From Nitrosopumilus sp. (GTDB taxonomy: Archaea; Thermoproteota; Nitrososphaeria; Nitrososphaerales; Nitrosopumilaceae): a stretch of DNA of 64,000 nt. Below the pieces are notes generated by a model, which was not told where the DNA came from, made no database searches, and saw only the letters and a list, made by a program, of their open reading frames with translations. How positions within the stretch are numbered: the first letter of the stretch is position 1; every line of letters begins with the position of its first letter. A program made the translations under genes and the position numbers. This document shows, piece by piece, positions 1-11,763 of this stretch. The stretch spans positions 224,001-288,000 of the forward strand of contig OZ245003.1 of the NCBI GenBank assembly GCA_965223425.1, in the 5' to 3' direction.

Positions 1-431
1 ATTTCCAATAGGGCAGTTGGGGCATTTCCTATGGCTGCAATCCCTCCATTAATGTCTGATATAGCTGTCCTCATAGCTACCTGAGAGCGGGTCTTTCCTT
101 CCTTTTTTGCCAATTCCATGATTTCTGGATTTGAAATATTGCAAACTATGTTATTTCCAAAGTCCTTTGGATTTTGTTTGTTCAATCCACCAATTACCCC
201 ATTTACATCTACTACTATGCTGCAACCATTTTTCAGTGCCATCATCCCACTATCAATTGCATCTTTGTGAAAAATTATCTTATTTTTATTTGCAAAATCA
301 AAATCTGCCGTAGAATGAATAACTCTTCTAACAATCGGCCATTCTTTTTCATTATACTGGTGAGATCCAATTTCATCTTCAATCATTTGCATGCTTGCAT
401 CTTCAATTGATTGACCTTTTTCAGTCTGCAT
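1..431 (-). CDS. cbiC: Precorrin-8X/cobalt-precorrin-8 methylmutase (3' end outside window)
   Basis: Manual translation from ATG at 431: MQTEKGQSIEDASMQMIEDEIG...IVRRVIHSTADFDF...AAIGNAPTALLE; lies in cbi cluster. Confidence 0.9.
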   Translation of the reverse strand, partial: MQTEKGQSIEDASMQMIEDEIGSHQYNEKEWPIVRRVIHSTADFDFANKNKIIFHKDAIDSGMMALKNGCSIVVDVNGVIGGLNKQNPKDFGNNIVCNISNPEIMELAKKEGKTRSQVAMRTAISDINGGIAAIGNAPTALLE

Positions 432-1173
432 CTTCTACCTCTTTTGCTCTTTCTATTATCAAATCAATTATTTTTTCATCTGTTCCTATATGTTTTGTAA
501 TATACGTATTTTTTAAATTGGAATCTTTTAGTGCTGGAACTAAATCGTTATTGATATCAGTTTTTACATGTGCTCCTTCATGAAGAAAATAAAACACAAT
601 TATCAGAATTTCAGGGTTATCTTTTTCACATTTTTTAATTCCCTCAAAAATATCTGGCCGTTCTATCTCTAACCAACATCTACTTACATTTCTATATGTA
701 TTTTGTAATTCATCTACTATGTAGTTTAGTGACATCTGTGCATTAGGGTCTTTACTTCCATGTCCAATAATCATCACATCCACATCTTTTTTTGCATGAG
801 TTATTTTATTCTCATTTAATGTTGTGGAAATTCTATTCTCAACAATCTCAACTAAAGTCTTATGCATACTCATTGGTTTTGTTACAATAAATTTCACTTT
901 GGCATCTTTTTGTAACTTCATGACATCTGTGACTGCATTTTTTACTTTTTTACCAGGATACAAAAAATAAGGAACTATAGTTAAAGAATCAATATTTTCT
1001 TTGAGACACCTGGCTATGCCATCATCAATATATGGTGGTTCTACCTCTAGGAAACAAAAATCAGTGAATACATAGTCACCTTTAGCCTTAATTCCTTCAC
1101 AAATAACCTCTAATTCTTCAGATGCCTCTCTTTCTCTGCTTCCTCTATCAACAAGTAACAATCCCCGCTTCAA
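421..1173 (-). CDS. cbiX: Sirohydrochlorin cobaltochelatase, two-domain CbiX type
   Basis: Two CbiX repeats (DRGSR...FLEVEPP...VPYFLYPG; GHGSKDP...FYFLHEGAHVKTDI). Confidence 0.85.
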   Translation of the reverse strand: MKRGLLLVDRGSREREASEELEVICEGIKAKGDYVFTDFCFLEVEPPYIDDGIARCLKENIDSLTIVPYFLYPGKKVKNAVTDVMKLQKDAKVKFIVTKPMSMHKTLVEIVENRISTTLNENKITHAKKDVDVMIIGHGSKDPNAQMSLNYIVDELQNTYRNVSRCWLEIERPDIFEGIKKCEKDNPEILIIVFYFLHEGAHVKTDINNDLVPALKDSNLKNTYITKHIGTDEKIIDLIIERAKEVEDAD

Positions 1174-2222
1174 TCTACAGTCCTCGCAATGGCTATAGTC
1201 AAATTTGGTGGGAATTTCTGTTTTTCTACAATTAGTTCCCCTTTAGACACTTTGATTGCTGCAGCTTCTGAAACACTTGCTGTTCCTTCAAATGTTTTTA
1301 CAGTTTCTGAAGGATTTGGAGCTGAGATCTCAGCTAACTCTTCTCTATCCACGTATTCCACAGAAACCCTCATTTCTTTTCCAATATCTATCAACCCCTG
1401 AACATCCTGTGTTTTTTTTATTGATACAAGTTTGGCAATAGATTTTGAACTCAGATCAAACTTTTGTAGGCAAGTCTCAATTCCTTCTCTGATTACTTCT
1501 TTTGAGGTGTCCCAATGTAATCCAACGCCGATTACTAAGCTTGGAGGGCGATAGACTACGGATTTCTTACTCAATTTTTCATCAATTTTTTTATCAGAAA
1601 TTATAAGATACGCTTTAGAATTTGAATTTTTCAAGTCTTCTAAACTATCATAAATTGACACATTTTTTGGTAATTTTTTATACCAATTCTTTTTACCAGC
1701 TTCTTGCAAAACCCCAATAGGTTCTTCGTTTACCATATGCGCACTAATTTTTGTTACCGTAGAATCGTCATCAATCTTCCAATCCAGTTCTTTCCCTAAT
1801 AGATCCACTGCTATAGTTCTGTTAACATCAGCTGCAGTTGTGATTACTGGCAATGCGTTCAATCTTTTTGCAATTTCCCGTGTTAACTCATTTGCACCGC
1901 CAATATGACCTGACAATACACTAATTACAAAATTTGCCTGATCATCAATTACAATTACGGCCGGATCTGTTTTTTTATCTCTCAAGTGTGGTGCAATTAA
2001 TCTAATTACTGCACCTAACGAAAATAAACACACTAGTGCATTATTGCTTTTAAAAAGTTCAACAATCTTTTCTGATGTAGGCTCAGAATACCAAATTATT
2101 TCATTATTTTCACTCATGAATTTTGAAGGTGCAAAAACACCCCAGCCGGGGAATATTCTTTTTAATTCCAGTCCAATTTTCACTCCGTTTTTTGTAATCG
2201 CCAGTACTGCAGTTTTCTCCAT
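1170..2222 (-). CDS. cbiG: Cobalt-precorrin-5A hydrolase
   Basis: KKTDPAVIVID, LSGHIGGAN, VITTAAD, SVSEAAA motifs. Confidence 0.92.
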   Translation of the reverse strand: MEKTAVLAITKNGVKIGLELKRIFPGWGVFAPSKFMSENNEIIWYSEPTSEKIVELFKSNNALVCLFSLGAVIRLIAPHLRDKKTDPAVIVIDDQANFVISVLSGHIGGANELTREIAKRLNALPVITTAADVNRTIAVDLLGKELDWKIDDDSTVTKISAHMVNEEPIGVLQEAGKKNWYKKLPKNVSIYDSLEDLKNSNSKAYLIISDKKIDEKLSKKSVVYRPPSLVIGVGLHWDTSKEVIREGIETCLQKFDLSSKSIAKLVSIKKTQDVQGLIDIGKEMRVSVEYVDREELAEISAPNPSETVKTFEGTASVSEAAAIKVSKGELIVEKQKFPPNLTIAIARTVD

Positions 2223-2253
2223 AGTCAAAACCTTCTAAATTTCATAAAATACC

Positions 2254-3357
2254 TTACTCTTCTGATTGTCTAGCCAGAATTTTTCCATCAAAATCAAATA
2301 GTATTACATCAATTGGAACTTTTTCTTCAGAGTGTTTTCTCATATGTCTGTATGTCTTGTTAACAATTAAATCAAAAAATCCCTGGATGTCGTTCTCTTG
2401 TATTATTTCAGAAACATGTCTTGCTGTGTTTGCTTTTTTAATATCTTCTATCACACTTTGTTTTGCATTTGACTTTTTTGCTAATTCTGCAAGAAAGCTC
2501 ATATCAACTTTTGATCCTTTAACATGTGTTTGCTTTACCCCTGCTGCCATCTTTGCCAGTTTTCCGATAAACCCAACAACGTATGCTTTTTTGATATTTT
2601 TTTTACCACATTGTTGAATTGTATATCCTGAAAAATCGCCCATCTGCACAAAACAATGTTCTGGCAAATCAACTATTTTTTTTGCAAAATCTTCACTTCT
2701 TCCACCCGTAGTTAATACCACTGTGTCGTTTCCCATGGCAATTGCTACGTCCAGATTTTGTCTTATTGATGCTGCGTATGATGCTGTAGAAAATGGAATA
2801 ACAATTCCGCTGGTTCCTAGAATTGAAATCCCATCTTTAATTCCTATTCTTGGATTATCTGTTTTTGGTCCTAACTCTTTTCCTTTAGGAACTGAAATTA
2901 CAACTTTAATTCCTTTTTTTTCAAGAATTCCTTTTCCAATTTCTTTTAAATTTTCAGTAATCATCTTTTTTGGAACAGGATTTATTGCAGGTTTGTTAAT
3001 ATCTAACCCTAACCCTGGTTTAGTTACTATTCCTACTCCTTCCCCCCCGTCAATCTCAATTTCATTAATTTTTGCTATGAATGACAGTTCAACTATAATT
3101 TCTGCTCCGTGAGTAACATCCGGATCATCTCCTCCATCTTTAATTACAGAACATTTTGATTTTTCAGAATCAAAATCACAAGAATACACCGGAATTTCAA
3201 TAAAATTACCTTTAGGTAGTTGGATGGATATGTTTTCAGTTTTTTTCTGATTGATTATTGATAGCAGTCCTGCTTTGGCCGCCGCAGTTGCTGAACTTCC
3301 CGTGGTATAGCCTGTTCTTAACTCTGCCTTTTTTTCTTCCACATTTTTTCTACTCAT
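2254..3357 (-). CDS. cbiD: Cobalt-precorrin-5B C1-methyltransferase
   Basis: LRTGYTTGSSATAA, KDGGDDPDVTHG, GISILGTSGIV motifs. Confidence 0.95.
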   Translation of the reverse strand: MSRKNVEEKKAELRTGYTTGSSATAAAKAGLLSIINQKKTENISIQLPKGNFIEIPVYSCDFDSEKSKCSVIKDGGDDPDVTHGAEIIVELSFIAKINEIEIDGGEGVGIVTKPGLGLDINKPAINPVPKKMITENLKEIGKGILEKKGIKVVISVPKGKELGPKTDNPRIGIKDGISILGTSGIVIPFSTASYAASIRQNLDVAIAMGNDTVVLTTGGRSEDFAKKIVDLPEHCFVQMGDFSGYTIQQCGKKNIKKAYVVGFIGKLAKMAAGVKQTHVKGSKVDMSFLAELAKKSNAKQSVIEDIKKANTARHVSEIIQENDIQGFFDLIVNKTYRHMRKHSEEKVPIDVILFDFDGKILARQSEE

Positions 3358-3434
3358 TTTACTGTATTAACTCTTATTTGCATCGTTCAAAATCTTCTAA
3401 ATAGATTTAAAATTAAAAACAACTTGGAATTGTA

Positions 3435-4304
3435 ATGGATAAAAGTTATCAGATAGTTGTTACAGGAGCAAGTGGTTTTGTTGCAAGAAATCTTAGAAAA
3501 CATATCTCTGAGAATAATATCAAATTAATTTCAATCTCACGAAAAAATTTCAGACAATTTCACAATGAATTAAAAGTCGTTTCCATAACTTATGATGAAA
3601 AAAACCTTCTTTCAAAACTTCAAAATTCGGATGCGATAATCCATCTAGTTGGGATTGGAAAACAATCTACCAAAACTGACTATGATATGATAAATGTTGA
3701 ATTTACAAAATATATTATTAATCTAAGTAAAAAGGCAAAAATCAAAAAATTTGTTTATGCAAGTGGTCTTGGTGTTTCTCCAAATGCTTCACTTGGATAT
3801 TTTATTTCTAAATATAAAGCGGAAAAATTGATTATGAATTCGGGACTAGACTATACAATTTTTAGACCTTCATACATTGTTGGAAAATATGATCTGTTTA
3901 CAAAATATTTAAAAAAACAGATTAGAAAGAAAATAATTGAAATTCCTGGATCTGGAAACTACTCAATTCAGCCAATTTACATTAATGATGTGGTAAAAAT
4001 TCTTCTTCAATCAGTAATCGATACAAAGTTTAGTAATAAAATTTTAGATCTTGTTGGATCTGAGCATATTGCTTTTGAACAATATGTCAAACTCTTTTCT
4101 AAAGGAACTAAAACGAATATCAAAAAAATTAATCTAGAAGAAGCTTACCATAAAGCGATAATTAATTCAAAATCTGATTTTGGAGTTGATGATCTCAATA
4201 TCCTGATTGGTAATTTTAAAGGAAGTCATGCTAAATTACAAAATATTACAAAAATGAAATTTCAATCAGTTACAGAATTACTAAAGTCTGGCAGCTTGTT
4301 TTAA
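3435..4304 (+). CDS. NAD-dependent epimerase/dehydratase (SDR) family protein
   Basis: VTGASGFVA Rossmann motif, [14 protein letters not shown]. Confidence 0.85.
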   Translation: MDKSYQIVVTGASGFVARNLRKHISENNIKLISISRKNFRQFHNELKVVSITYDEKNLLSKLQNSDAIIHLVGIGKQSTKTDYDMINVEFTKYIINLSKKAKIKKFVYASGLGVSPNASLGYFISKYKAEKLIMNSGLDYTIFRPSYIVGKYDLFTKYLKKQIRKKIIEIPGSGNYSIQPIYINDVVKILLQSVIDTKFSNKILDLVGSEHIAFEQYVKLFSKGTKTNIKKINLEEAYHKAIINSKSDFGVDDLNILIGNFKGSHAKLQNITKMKFQSVTELLKSGSLF

Positions 4305-5447
4305 TGCCTCAGCTTTGTCAGTTTTTTCCCAAGAAAATTCAGGCTCGTTTCGTCCAAAATGGCCATACGATGCGGTATTTTTGTAAATTGGCCTCTTCAA
4401 ATCTAACTGTGAAATTATTCCTGAGGGCTTCATGTCAAAATTATTTCTGACCAATTCCTCAATCTGGTTTTCTGGAATTTTGTTTGTTCCAAAAGTGTTA
4501 ACATAAAGTGATACTGGTTCTGCAACCCCTATTGCGTATGCAAGCTGGACTTCACACCTATCAGCTAATCCTGCCGCAACAAGATTTTTTGCAATATATC
4601 TAGACATGTAACATGCAGATCTATCCACTTTGGAAGGATCTTTTCCTGAAAATGCTCCTCCGCCATGTCTTCCAAATCCACCATAAGTGTCAACAATGAT
4701 TTTTCTTCCTGTCAAACCCGCATCCCCATGCGGTCCACCAATTACAAATTTTCCAGTGGGATTAACGTGAATTTTGATTTCATCATTCCAAAGATCTCCT
4801 AATACTGGTTTGATTACCTTATCGATTATTTCTCTTGAAATTTCCTCTTGAGAAACTTCTGGTGCATGTTGCGTAGAAATCACTACTGTTTCAATCTTAG
4901 TTGGTTTGTTGTTTTCATATCTCACAGATACCTGTGATTTACCGTCTGGCCTTACCCATGGTAAAGTCTTGTCTTTTCTTACTTGGGATAACTTCTGAAT
5001 GAGTTTATGTGCTAACAAAATTGGCATAGGCATTAGTTCTTTAGTCTCATTTGTTGCATAGCCAAACATCAATCCCTGATCTCCTGCACCCTGCTCCTTT
5101 TCTTCAGTAGCTGTTACACCCTGACTGATATCTGGACTTTGTGAATGTAATCTTAAACTAACCTGACAAGTATCTGCATCAAACATCAAATCTTTGTTAT
5201 CATATCCAATCTCCCTGATTGTCCTTCTAACTAATTCTTCCTGAGATTTTTGACCAAAATCTGCCTTGGATGTCACTTCACCAGATATTGCCACAAAATC
5301 TGTGGTAACCATTGTTTCAACTGCCACTCTTGAATTAGGATCCTGTCTGAGGTATTCGTCTAGAAACGCATCTGAAATATTATCGCACACTTTGTCTGGA
5401 TGTCCTTCCGTCACTGATTCTGACGTAAATAGAAAATTACTAGTCAT
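4281..5447 (-). CDS. metK: S-adenosylmethionine synthetase (bacterial/eukaryotic type)
   Basis: [35 protein letters not shown]. Confidence 0.97.
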   Translation of the reverse strand: MTSNFLFTSESVTEGHPDKVCDNISDAFLDEYLRQDPNSRVAVETMVTTDFVAISGEVTSKADFGQKSQEELVRRTIREIGYDNKDLMFDADTCQVSLRLHSQSPDISQGVTATEEKEQGAGDQGLMFGYATNETKELMPMPILLAHKLIQKLSQVRKDKTLPWVRPDGKSQVSVRYENNKPTKIETVVISTQHAPEVSQEEISREIIDKVIKPVLGDLWNDEIKIHVNPTGKFVIGGPHGDAGLTGRKIIVDTYGGFGRHGGGAFSGKDPSKVDRSACYMSRYIAKNLVAAGLADRCEVQLAYAIGVAEPVSLYVNTFGTNKIPENQIEELVRNNFDMKPSGIISQLDLKRPIYKNTASYGHFGRNEPEFSWEKTDKAEALKQAARL

Positions 5448-5461
5448 GATACAACGACTCA

Positions 5462-5707
5462 CTAGAGTTCGTTTTCAAGTTTGATAAACAACACATTGTT
5501 GCCTCTAACAATTACTCTTCCATAATTTGCTATTACTCTGCTATCGTGTAATTCTTCGGCATCAGTCATAATCAAATTCATGTATGAATCAACATTATCC
5601 ATTTTTCCTTTATACTCTACTTCATTTTTCAGTCTTACAGTAACTTTCTTTTTGGTACTTTTTTGAAGAGTTGTTAAAGGTCTTTTTGCACTACTTGGTT
5701 GAGACAC
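5462..5707 (-). CDS. Sm/Lsm-like RNA-binding protein
   Basis: Sm1 ([16 protein letters not shown]) and Sm2 (VIVRGNNV) motifs. Confidence 0.92.
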   Translation of the reverse strand: MSQPSSAKRPLTTLQKSTKKKVTVRLKNEVEYKGKMDNVDSYMNLIMTDAEELHDSRVIANYGRVIVRGNNVLFIKLENEL

Positions 5708-5815
5708 TAATTATTCACTTGTTTTGCAACGTAGTTCTCTAGAATAAAAGCCTTGCCTCTTTTATAGAAATTGAAATTCCTTAAATTTTTTCTTATTTTT
5801 CTAATAATTATACAA

Positions 5816-6475
5816 ATGATTCCCACTGGTTTACAAAAATTGGACGAGTTCTTATCTGGAGGAATACCTAGCGGCGTGATTGTAGATATTTTTGGCGGAA
5901 ATGGAACAGGAAAAACTCAACTATTATTACAATTATCAATAAACTCGATTAAAAACGGTGGCCATGTTCTTTATCTAGATACAACAGGTGGGTTTCGGCC
6001 TGAACGAATATTGGAAATTCAAAAACAGTTTGAAAAACAATTTGATTTTCTTGAAAAGATTACAGTGTCTAGAATAACAAACACTTCTGAGCAAATAAAA
6101 TCAATGCAAAACCTTGAAAACAAAGATTTTTCTTTAATTGTAATTGACAATATAACTGATTTATTTTCTTATGAATATAAAAAAAATGAATCCACTTTTG
6201 AAAAAAATTCGTTATTTATGAAATATATGAGTGAATTATCAAAATTTGCGATAACAAAAAAAATCCCTATTGTGGTTACTAATATGATTAGAACCATAGA
6301 AGGTAAAGAGCTAGAAAATATGAAAAGTGCCATTGATCCTTTCACTCACATCAAAATTCACCTATCTAAAAATTCATCGAAATTTAAAGGAAAAATTTAC
6401 TGGGCACTAGACAAAGAAAACTTTTCCTACAAAATATGTTCTTCAGGATTATCTGATTATTCTGAAGATATTTAA
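5816..6475 (+). CDS. RadB/RecA-superfamily ATPase
   Basis: IPTGLQKLDEFLSGG, Walker A GGNGTGKT, YLDTTGGFRPERI, VVTN. Confidence 0.85.
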   Translation: MIPTGLQKLDEFLSGGIPSGVIVDIFGGNGTGKTQLLLQLSINSIKNGGHVLYLDTTGGFRPERILEIQKQFEKQFDFLEKITVSRITNTSEQIKSMQNLENKDFSLIVIDNITDLFSYEYKKNESTFEKNSLFMKYMSELSKFAITKKIPIVVTNMIRTIEGKELENMKSAIDPFTHIKIHLSKNSSKFKGKIYWALDKENFSYKICSSGLSDYSEDI

Positions 6476-6573
6476 CTGTCAACCATGAAGTTTACAAATG
6501 GCGGGAATTTTTGATTCAATTCCAATAATTACTGTGGTGTTGTTTGCACTTGGCCTAGTGGGAATAATGGTTT

Positions 6574-9315
6574 ATGAAAGATCAAGATCAAAATCAACGG
6601 ACGAATCTTATTCTTGACTCTTTATTTAAGAAATTTGGATTTTCTAAACTAACTGAAATTCAAAAAAAAGCATCGCCGATTATTTTCCAAAAAAAGGACT
6701 GTCTTGTAATTGCCCCTACGGGTTCGGGAAAAACTGAATGTTCTGTCATTCCAATCTTTTTTCTTTTAAAAAATTCCAAAAAGAATGGAAAAATCAAAAC
6801 TCTCTATATCACTCCTTTACGAGCATTAAATCGTGACGTATTTCGAAGAATTACAAAATATGCACATGAAAATGAACTGTCTATCGAAATTAGGCATGGA
6901 GATACTTCTCAAAAAGACAGAAAAAAAATTAGTGAAACCCCCCCAGATGTTCTAATTACAACGCCTGAGACTCTTGTTATTCTTTTGGCACAAGTCAAAA
7001 TGCTAAATGCATTATCTGATTTGGAATGGATTGTAATTGATGAGGTACATGAATTGTTGTCCAGTGAGAGGGGATCTCAACTATCATTAAGTATTGAAAG
7101 ATTAGAATTTAATTCAAAATATCCTCTTACAAAAATAGGATTGTCTGCTACTGTTGGAAATTTTGAAGAAGCAGGCAAATTTGTCGTAGGAACTAAAAGA
7201 AAATGTAAAATCATTCGAGATAAATCAGTAAGAAATTATGATGTTGAGGTCGCATATGTTGACGGAACAATCTCTGATGTTGCAGAAAAGATCATTGAAT
7301 ATGTGTCAGATCTTAACTTGAATTCTCCAATCCTTCTATTTACTAATACTAGGGGCGAGGCAGAATTTCTAGCCTCAATTTTAAAAGAAAAATCCCCTAT
7401 TCCGATTGAATTGCATCATGGTTCTTTATCAAAAGAAGTTAGAGAAGATACCGAGCTTACTTTACGAGAAGGAAAACGCGGTATTGTTGTATGCACATCT
7501 TCACTTGAATTAGGACTGGATATTGGTTCTGTTGAACTGGTGATTCATTATGGTTCCCCTAGACAGGTATCAAAATTAATCCAAAGAATAGGTCGGAGTA
7601 GACATAATCGCGATGCATCAGCCAAGGGACTTGTTATAACAAACAATCCTGATGATGAATTTGAAGCACGAGCTATACTTGAACGTATCAAGGAAGGCTC
7701 AATTGAGGAACAAAAAATTCATGATGCCTCTCTTGATGTTTTAGCTCATCATTTAGTTGGATTAACAATGCAAATTGGTGAAATTTCAGTTGAACAGGCT
7801 TTTGAGTTGGTTGCAAAAGCTTACCCGTTTCGAAATTTACAGTTAGAAGATCTTGTTGGCGTGTTGGATTTACTGGACTCAAACTATCTGATCTTTTTTG
7901 ATAGAACAAAAATGACTTTTTGGAGAAAGGGACGTTCATTCAAATATTATTTTGAAAACCTCTCAACAATTCCTGACATTCTCAAATTCAAAGTTTTTGA
8001 TAGTGTAGGCAAAAAAATTATTGGATCACTAGACCAAAGATTTGTTGGTGATTTTGGAGATTCAGGAAACATCTTTGTGTTAAAAGGTTCACAGTGGAGA
8101 ATACTAAACGTTGATAAAAAATCATTTACTGTAAACGTTGAGCCCTTTCGAGGGGGTGGAATTACCGTACCATACTGGGAAGGAGAGAATATTCCTATTG
8201 ATTACAAAACTGCAAGAAAAGTGGGACTATTTCGTAGCAAAGTTAAGAGGGGCTCCCTTGAGCTAACTAATAAAATTATTCAAAAATTAAATTTTAGTGA
8301 TATTCCTGATGAAAATAACATCATAGTTGAATCAAACAAATCCCAAGGCTCAATTGTAATTCATTCATGTCTTGGTACAAAAATTAATTCTACATTGTCT
8401 GCCTTGCTCTCTTCAATGCTGTCCTCAATGCTAGGTTCCGTGGTTGATTCCCGTTCAGATGGTTATAGAATTGTCTTGTCTTCCAGATCAAGGATCTCAG
8501 AAAAACTTTTTCTTGAGATTATAAAAGATGACTATGATCTATATTCCATTGTTACTGCATCTTTAACCGGAACTCATAATGTTAATTGGAGAACATGGTG
8601 CGTTGCTAAAAAATTTGGCATAGTTGGCCGTGGAGCAATTTATGAAAGAAAATCTGCTAGATTTTTGTATGAGCGATATTCTAAAAGTGCGCTTGTTCAT
8701 GAAGCATTGCGTGAATTGTTTCACGATAAATATGATTTGAAGAGTTCTGATGATATCTTAAAAAAAATTCGTGAAGATAAAATTCATGTTAAATGGGTAG
8801 AAGTTGATAAATTTTCAAAATTAGCAGAACCAATTTTAGATCATACAGCAAAATATTATTCCTCTCCTGCAAATCTTGACCAAGGAATACTCGATCTAGT
8901 AAAAGCAAGGCTTGAAAAAACAAAACATCGCTTGGTTTGCGCAAGATGTGGAAAATGGGAGCGTGTTGTAGAAACATGTGAAGTAAAAAATACTTTGATA
9001 TGTCCCTATTGTAAAGGGAGGCAAATCACTGCAACTTTTTATTCTGATTATGACTTGCCAAAAATTATACGAAAAAAACATGTAGGAAAAAAACTGTCTG
9101 CTGATGAAAAACACAGGTTTGATCGTGCCTGGAAAGTTTCTTCATTAGTGGAAAATTTTGGCAAAATTGCCATTACTGTAATGTCCGGATATGGAGTTGG
9201 TGCTGATACTGCAGCAAGAATACTGCGTAATATGATTGATGAAGAACATTTGTTTAAACAAATCTATGAAGCTGAGAGACAATACGTTGTAACTAGAGGT
9301 TTTTGGGATTCTTAA
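6574..9315 (+). CDS. Lhr-type SF2 DEAD/DEAH helicase with C-terminal Zn ribbon
   Basis: APTGSGKT, DEVH, SAT, SSLELGLDIG, QRIGRSRH; CARC...CPYC. Confidence 0.92.
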   Translation: MKDQDQNQRTNLILDSLFKKFGFSKLTEIQKKASPIIFQKKDCLVIAPTGSGKTECSVIPIFFLLKNSKKNGKIKTLYITPLRALNRDVFRRITKYAHENELSIEIRHGDTSQKDRKKISETPPDVLITTPETLVILLAQVKMLNALSDLEWIVIDEVHELLSSERGSQLSLSIERLEFNSKYPLTKIGLSATVGNFEEAGKFVVGTKRKCKIIRDKSVRNYDVEVAYVDGTISDVAEKIIEYVSDLNLNSPILLFTNTRGEAEFLASILKEKSPIPIELHHGSLSKEVREDTELTLREGKRGIVVCTSSLELGLDIGSVELVIHYGSPRQVSKLIQRIGRSRHNRDASAKGLVITNNPDDEFEARAILERIKEGSIEEQKIHDASLDVLAHHLVGLTMQIGEISVEQAFELVAKAYPFRNLQLEDLVGVLDLLDSNYLIFFDRTKMTFWRKGRSFKYYFENLSTIPDILKFKVFDSVGKKIIGSLDQRFVGDFGDSGNIFVLKGSQWRILNVDKKSFTVNVEPFRGGGITVPYWEGENIPIDYKTARKVGLFRSKVKRGSLELTNKIIQKLNFSDIPDENNIIVESNKSQGSIVIHSCLGTKINSTLSALLSSMLSSMLGSVVDSRSDGYRIVLSSRSRISEKLFLEIIKDDYDLYSIVTASLTGTHNVNWRTWCVAKKFGIVGRGAIYERKSARFLYERYSKSALVHEALRELFHDKYDLKSSDDILKKIREDKIHVKWVEVDKFSKLAEPILDHTAKYYSSPANLDQGILDLVKARLEKTKHRLVCARCGKWERVVETCEVKNTLICPYCKGRQITATFYSDYDLPKIIRKKHVGKKLSADEKHRFDRAWKVSSLVENFGKIAITVMSGYGVGADTAARILRNMIDEEHLFKQIYEAERQYVVTRGFWDS

Positions 9316-10709
9316 CTTTTCTTAGTAATTTTAGAAAACGCTGTTAAAAATAATTCTATCCTGCCTTCCAGTCCTGCTCTGGCATTTAATCCTGTAATTG
9401 ATACTATTTCTCCTAGTTCACATTTGCCAATTAGTCTTGCTTGATTTCTCCAACCTTTTACCCAAATTTGCCCCGTGTCATCCTCAACAAACATTTCTGA
9501 TAACGCTATTGATTCTCCGGATTTTGTTTGCACTTCACGTCTTTCAGGAACTTTTAAAATTATTGATTCTATACAATAATTTCCATCCACTTTGACATCG
9601 TTAATTTTTGTTCTAAGTTGAGACAATGACGGAATGGTTTCATCGTTATCTAATTTTCTTACAAATGAATTTCCATCTAATGAAATTGAATCTCCATAAA
9701 CTTTTGATGGCATGCACTCTATTACGTCTCCTTCTGCACAAACACTAGTTGAGTTTGAAACATCACTAATGCTGTACATGTTTTTCTTATTGTCCACTGC
9801 TAAAATCATTTTTTTGCCATCATCTGTTGTTGATACTGAAAGAACTCTTACAATTATTGGCTCTGCTTCTTTGCCTCCTTCAATCTCAATGATGGTTGCA
9901 TCATTACCATGAATTTCCAGTCCTTGACTTCCTGATCTTACTTTAACCCCAAGTAGTCTTACTTTGGCAGATCGAGAAATCATATTTGGAATAGATGATT
10001 CATCTTTCCCCCATAGAACAACTCTCATTGCAGTATCATCTTTACCCTTTAGCCTCATTCTAAGTGCTTTTCCAGGCTTACCACGAGAATTTGTAAATTC
10101 CATTCCACTAATCATTCCATCTGTTATTCCTGAAATCACAAGATCTTTTTGCCCTTCTTGTAATTCACTAATATCTTTTGTAATAGTATCGATAGTTGGA
10201 ATTTCACTTTTTGTATCAGTTGTTTCAATATTTGAACCAGAACCAATGTTTATTGTTGGTGAACCATCAAGATCTGATTTTACATAAGCTTTTATGATTT
10301 TGATTAAATCTCCTGGTTTTAGATTTTCAATTCCTGGCAAATTTGCTTTTTCATCCCACAACTTTACACTTGCAGTAGAATTCGTGTCATATACTGTCAT
10401 AGTTCTGAGATAAAATGGAGATCCGTCTTTTTTTGAAAACTGTTTTGCAGGTGATAAACTCAAAACTCTTGTTTCTAGCGAAATTTCTTTTGCTCCTGCG
10501 TATAGATCCTTTAAACTCATTTCAACTTTTAGGGGTTCTGTTAATGTAATTCCATAGTCAGATGCTATCAAAAATAAGGCTCCTTGGTCTGTCAAGTATC
10601 CTGCACCAATTTTTTCTTTTTTTTGCTTGATCTGTTCTTCAATGTCTTCTTTGACTAGTTCAGGTTTTTGTTCAAGTAGTTTATCAATTAAATTTTCAAA
10701 TTCAGACAA
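9312..10709 (-). CDS. Replication protein A-like multi-OB-fold ssDNA-binding protein
   Basis: Repeated OB-fold motifs (VYDTNSTASVKLWD, VEDDTGQIWVKGW), N-terminal GAGYLTDQGAL domain. Confidence 0.85.
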   Translation of the reverse strand: MSEFENLIDKLLEQKPELVKEDIEEQIKQKKEKIGAGYLTDQGALFLIASDYGITLTEPLKVEMSLKDLYAGAKEISLETRVLSLSPAKQFSKKDGSPFYLRTMTVYDTNSTASVKLWDEKANLPGIENLKPGDLIKIIKAYVKSDLDGSPTINIGSGSNIETTDTKSEIPTIDTITKDISELQEGQKDLVISGITDGMISGMEFTNSRGKPGKALRMRLKGKDDTAMRVVLWGKDESSIPNMISRSAKVRLLGVKVRSGSQGLEIHGNDATIIEIEGGKEAEPIIVRVLSVSTTDDGKKMILAVDNKKNMYSISDVSNSTSVCAEGDVIECMPSKVYGDSISLDGNSFVRKLDNDETIPSLSQLRTKINDVKVDGNYCIESIILKVPERREVQTKSGESIALSEMFVEDDTGQIWVKGWRNQARLIGKCELGEIVSITGLNARAGLEGRIELFLTAFSKITKKS

Positions 10710-10824
10710 TTCAATGATGCTAAACTTGCTCTATTAATAAAAATTTCATTACTATAAAAAAACTCATTTTATTCAAAAAATGATCGCTAATTAACTAAAT
10801 TAATAGGGAGATCGCAGTTTTAGT

Positions 10825-11763
10825 GTGTCATGCATCAATGTCAAGCATCTTTCAAAATCATATGGTTCAGTCAAAGCTGTAGATGATCTTGCATTATCTG
10901 TAAAATCAGGACAGGTTTTTGGGTTTCTAGGTCCAAACGGGGCTGGAAAATCAACTACCATCAAACTATTAACAACGTTAATTCCTCCCTCAGGTGGCTC
11001 TCTCACTATTTTGGGAGTGGATGCTATAGCAAATCCACTCCAAATTCGTCATAAAATAGGCGTTGTTTTACAACAACCAAGTTATGAGCCTACCTTATCT
11101 GTGGAAAAATCCCTTGACAAATATGGTATGATGTGGAATGTTCCTAGAATTGAACGTAAAAAAAGAATGGAACAGCTATTGAAAGATTTTGATCTAGTTG
11201 AGATTCGCAAAAAAAGAAATGAAGATCTTTCAATTGGTCAACGAAGAAGAGTTCAGGTAGCTCGTGAGTTTATGCATGATATGGAATTATTATTTTTGGA
11301 TGAACCCACTGTTGGTTTAGATCCAAGTGCTAGAAGAAAATTACTAGATTATTTAAAAAATAAAGTAAAAACTGGATTAACAATTTTTTATACAACACAT
11401 ATTCTGATGGAAGCTGAATATCTTTGTGATGAAATTGCGATACTTGATGAAGGAAAAATAATCACTGTTGATTCTCCTGATGCTCTGAAGAATAGATTTG
11501 GAAAAGAAAAGACTATTAAAATTCATTTACTGGGAAAACAATCTGAAATTCCTTCTCTTTTATCTGGAATTCCAGACTGTAAAATCAATTTTGATACAGG
11601 AACTAACATAATTATTCATTCTGAGCAATCAGAATTGATATTATTACAGGTACTGCAAATCCTCAATGACAACAGATTTGAGATTGAGGATCTGTCAGCT
11701 GTTCCAGCAAATCTTGAAGAAATATTTTTAAAAATGGTGAGAGAAAATGCATCCAATAATTAG
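10825..11763 (+). CDS. ABC transporter ATP-binding subunit (DrrA/multidrug type)
   Basis: GPNGAGKST, LSIGQ, FLDEPTVGLD. Confidence 0.92.
   Translation: MSCINVKHLSKSYGSVKAVDDLALSVKSGQVFGFLGPNGAGKSTTIKLLTTLIPPSGGSLTILGVDAIANPLQIRHKIGVVLQQPSYEPTLSVEKSLDKYGMMWNVPRIERKKRMEQLLKDFDLVEIRKKRNEDLSIGQRRRVQVAREFMHDMELLFLDEPTVGLDPSARRKLLDYLKNKVKTGLTIFYTTHILMEAEYLCDEIAILDEGKIITVDSPDALKNRFGKEKTIKIHLLGKQSEIPSLLSGIPDCKINFDTGTNIIIHSEQSELILLQVLQILNDNRFEIEDLSAVPANLEEIFLKMVRENASNN

Noticed and set aside
4281-5447. Bacterial-type MetK in an archaeon as a novelty
   Set aside because: To my knowledge this is the normal state in Nitrososphaerota, and it sits in core gene context.
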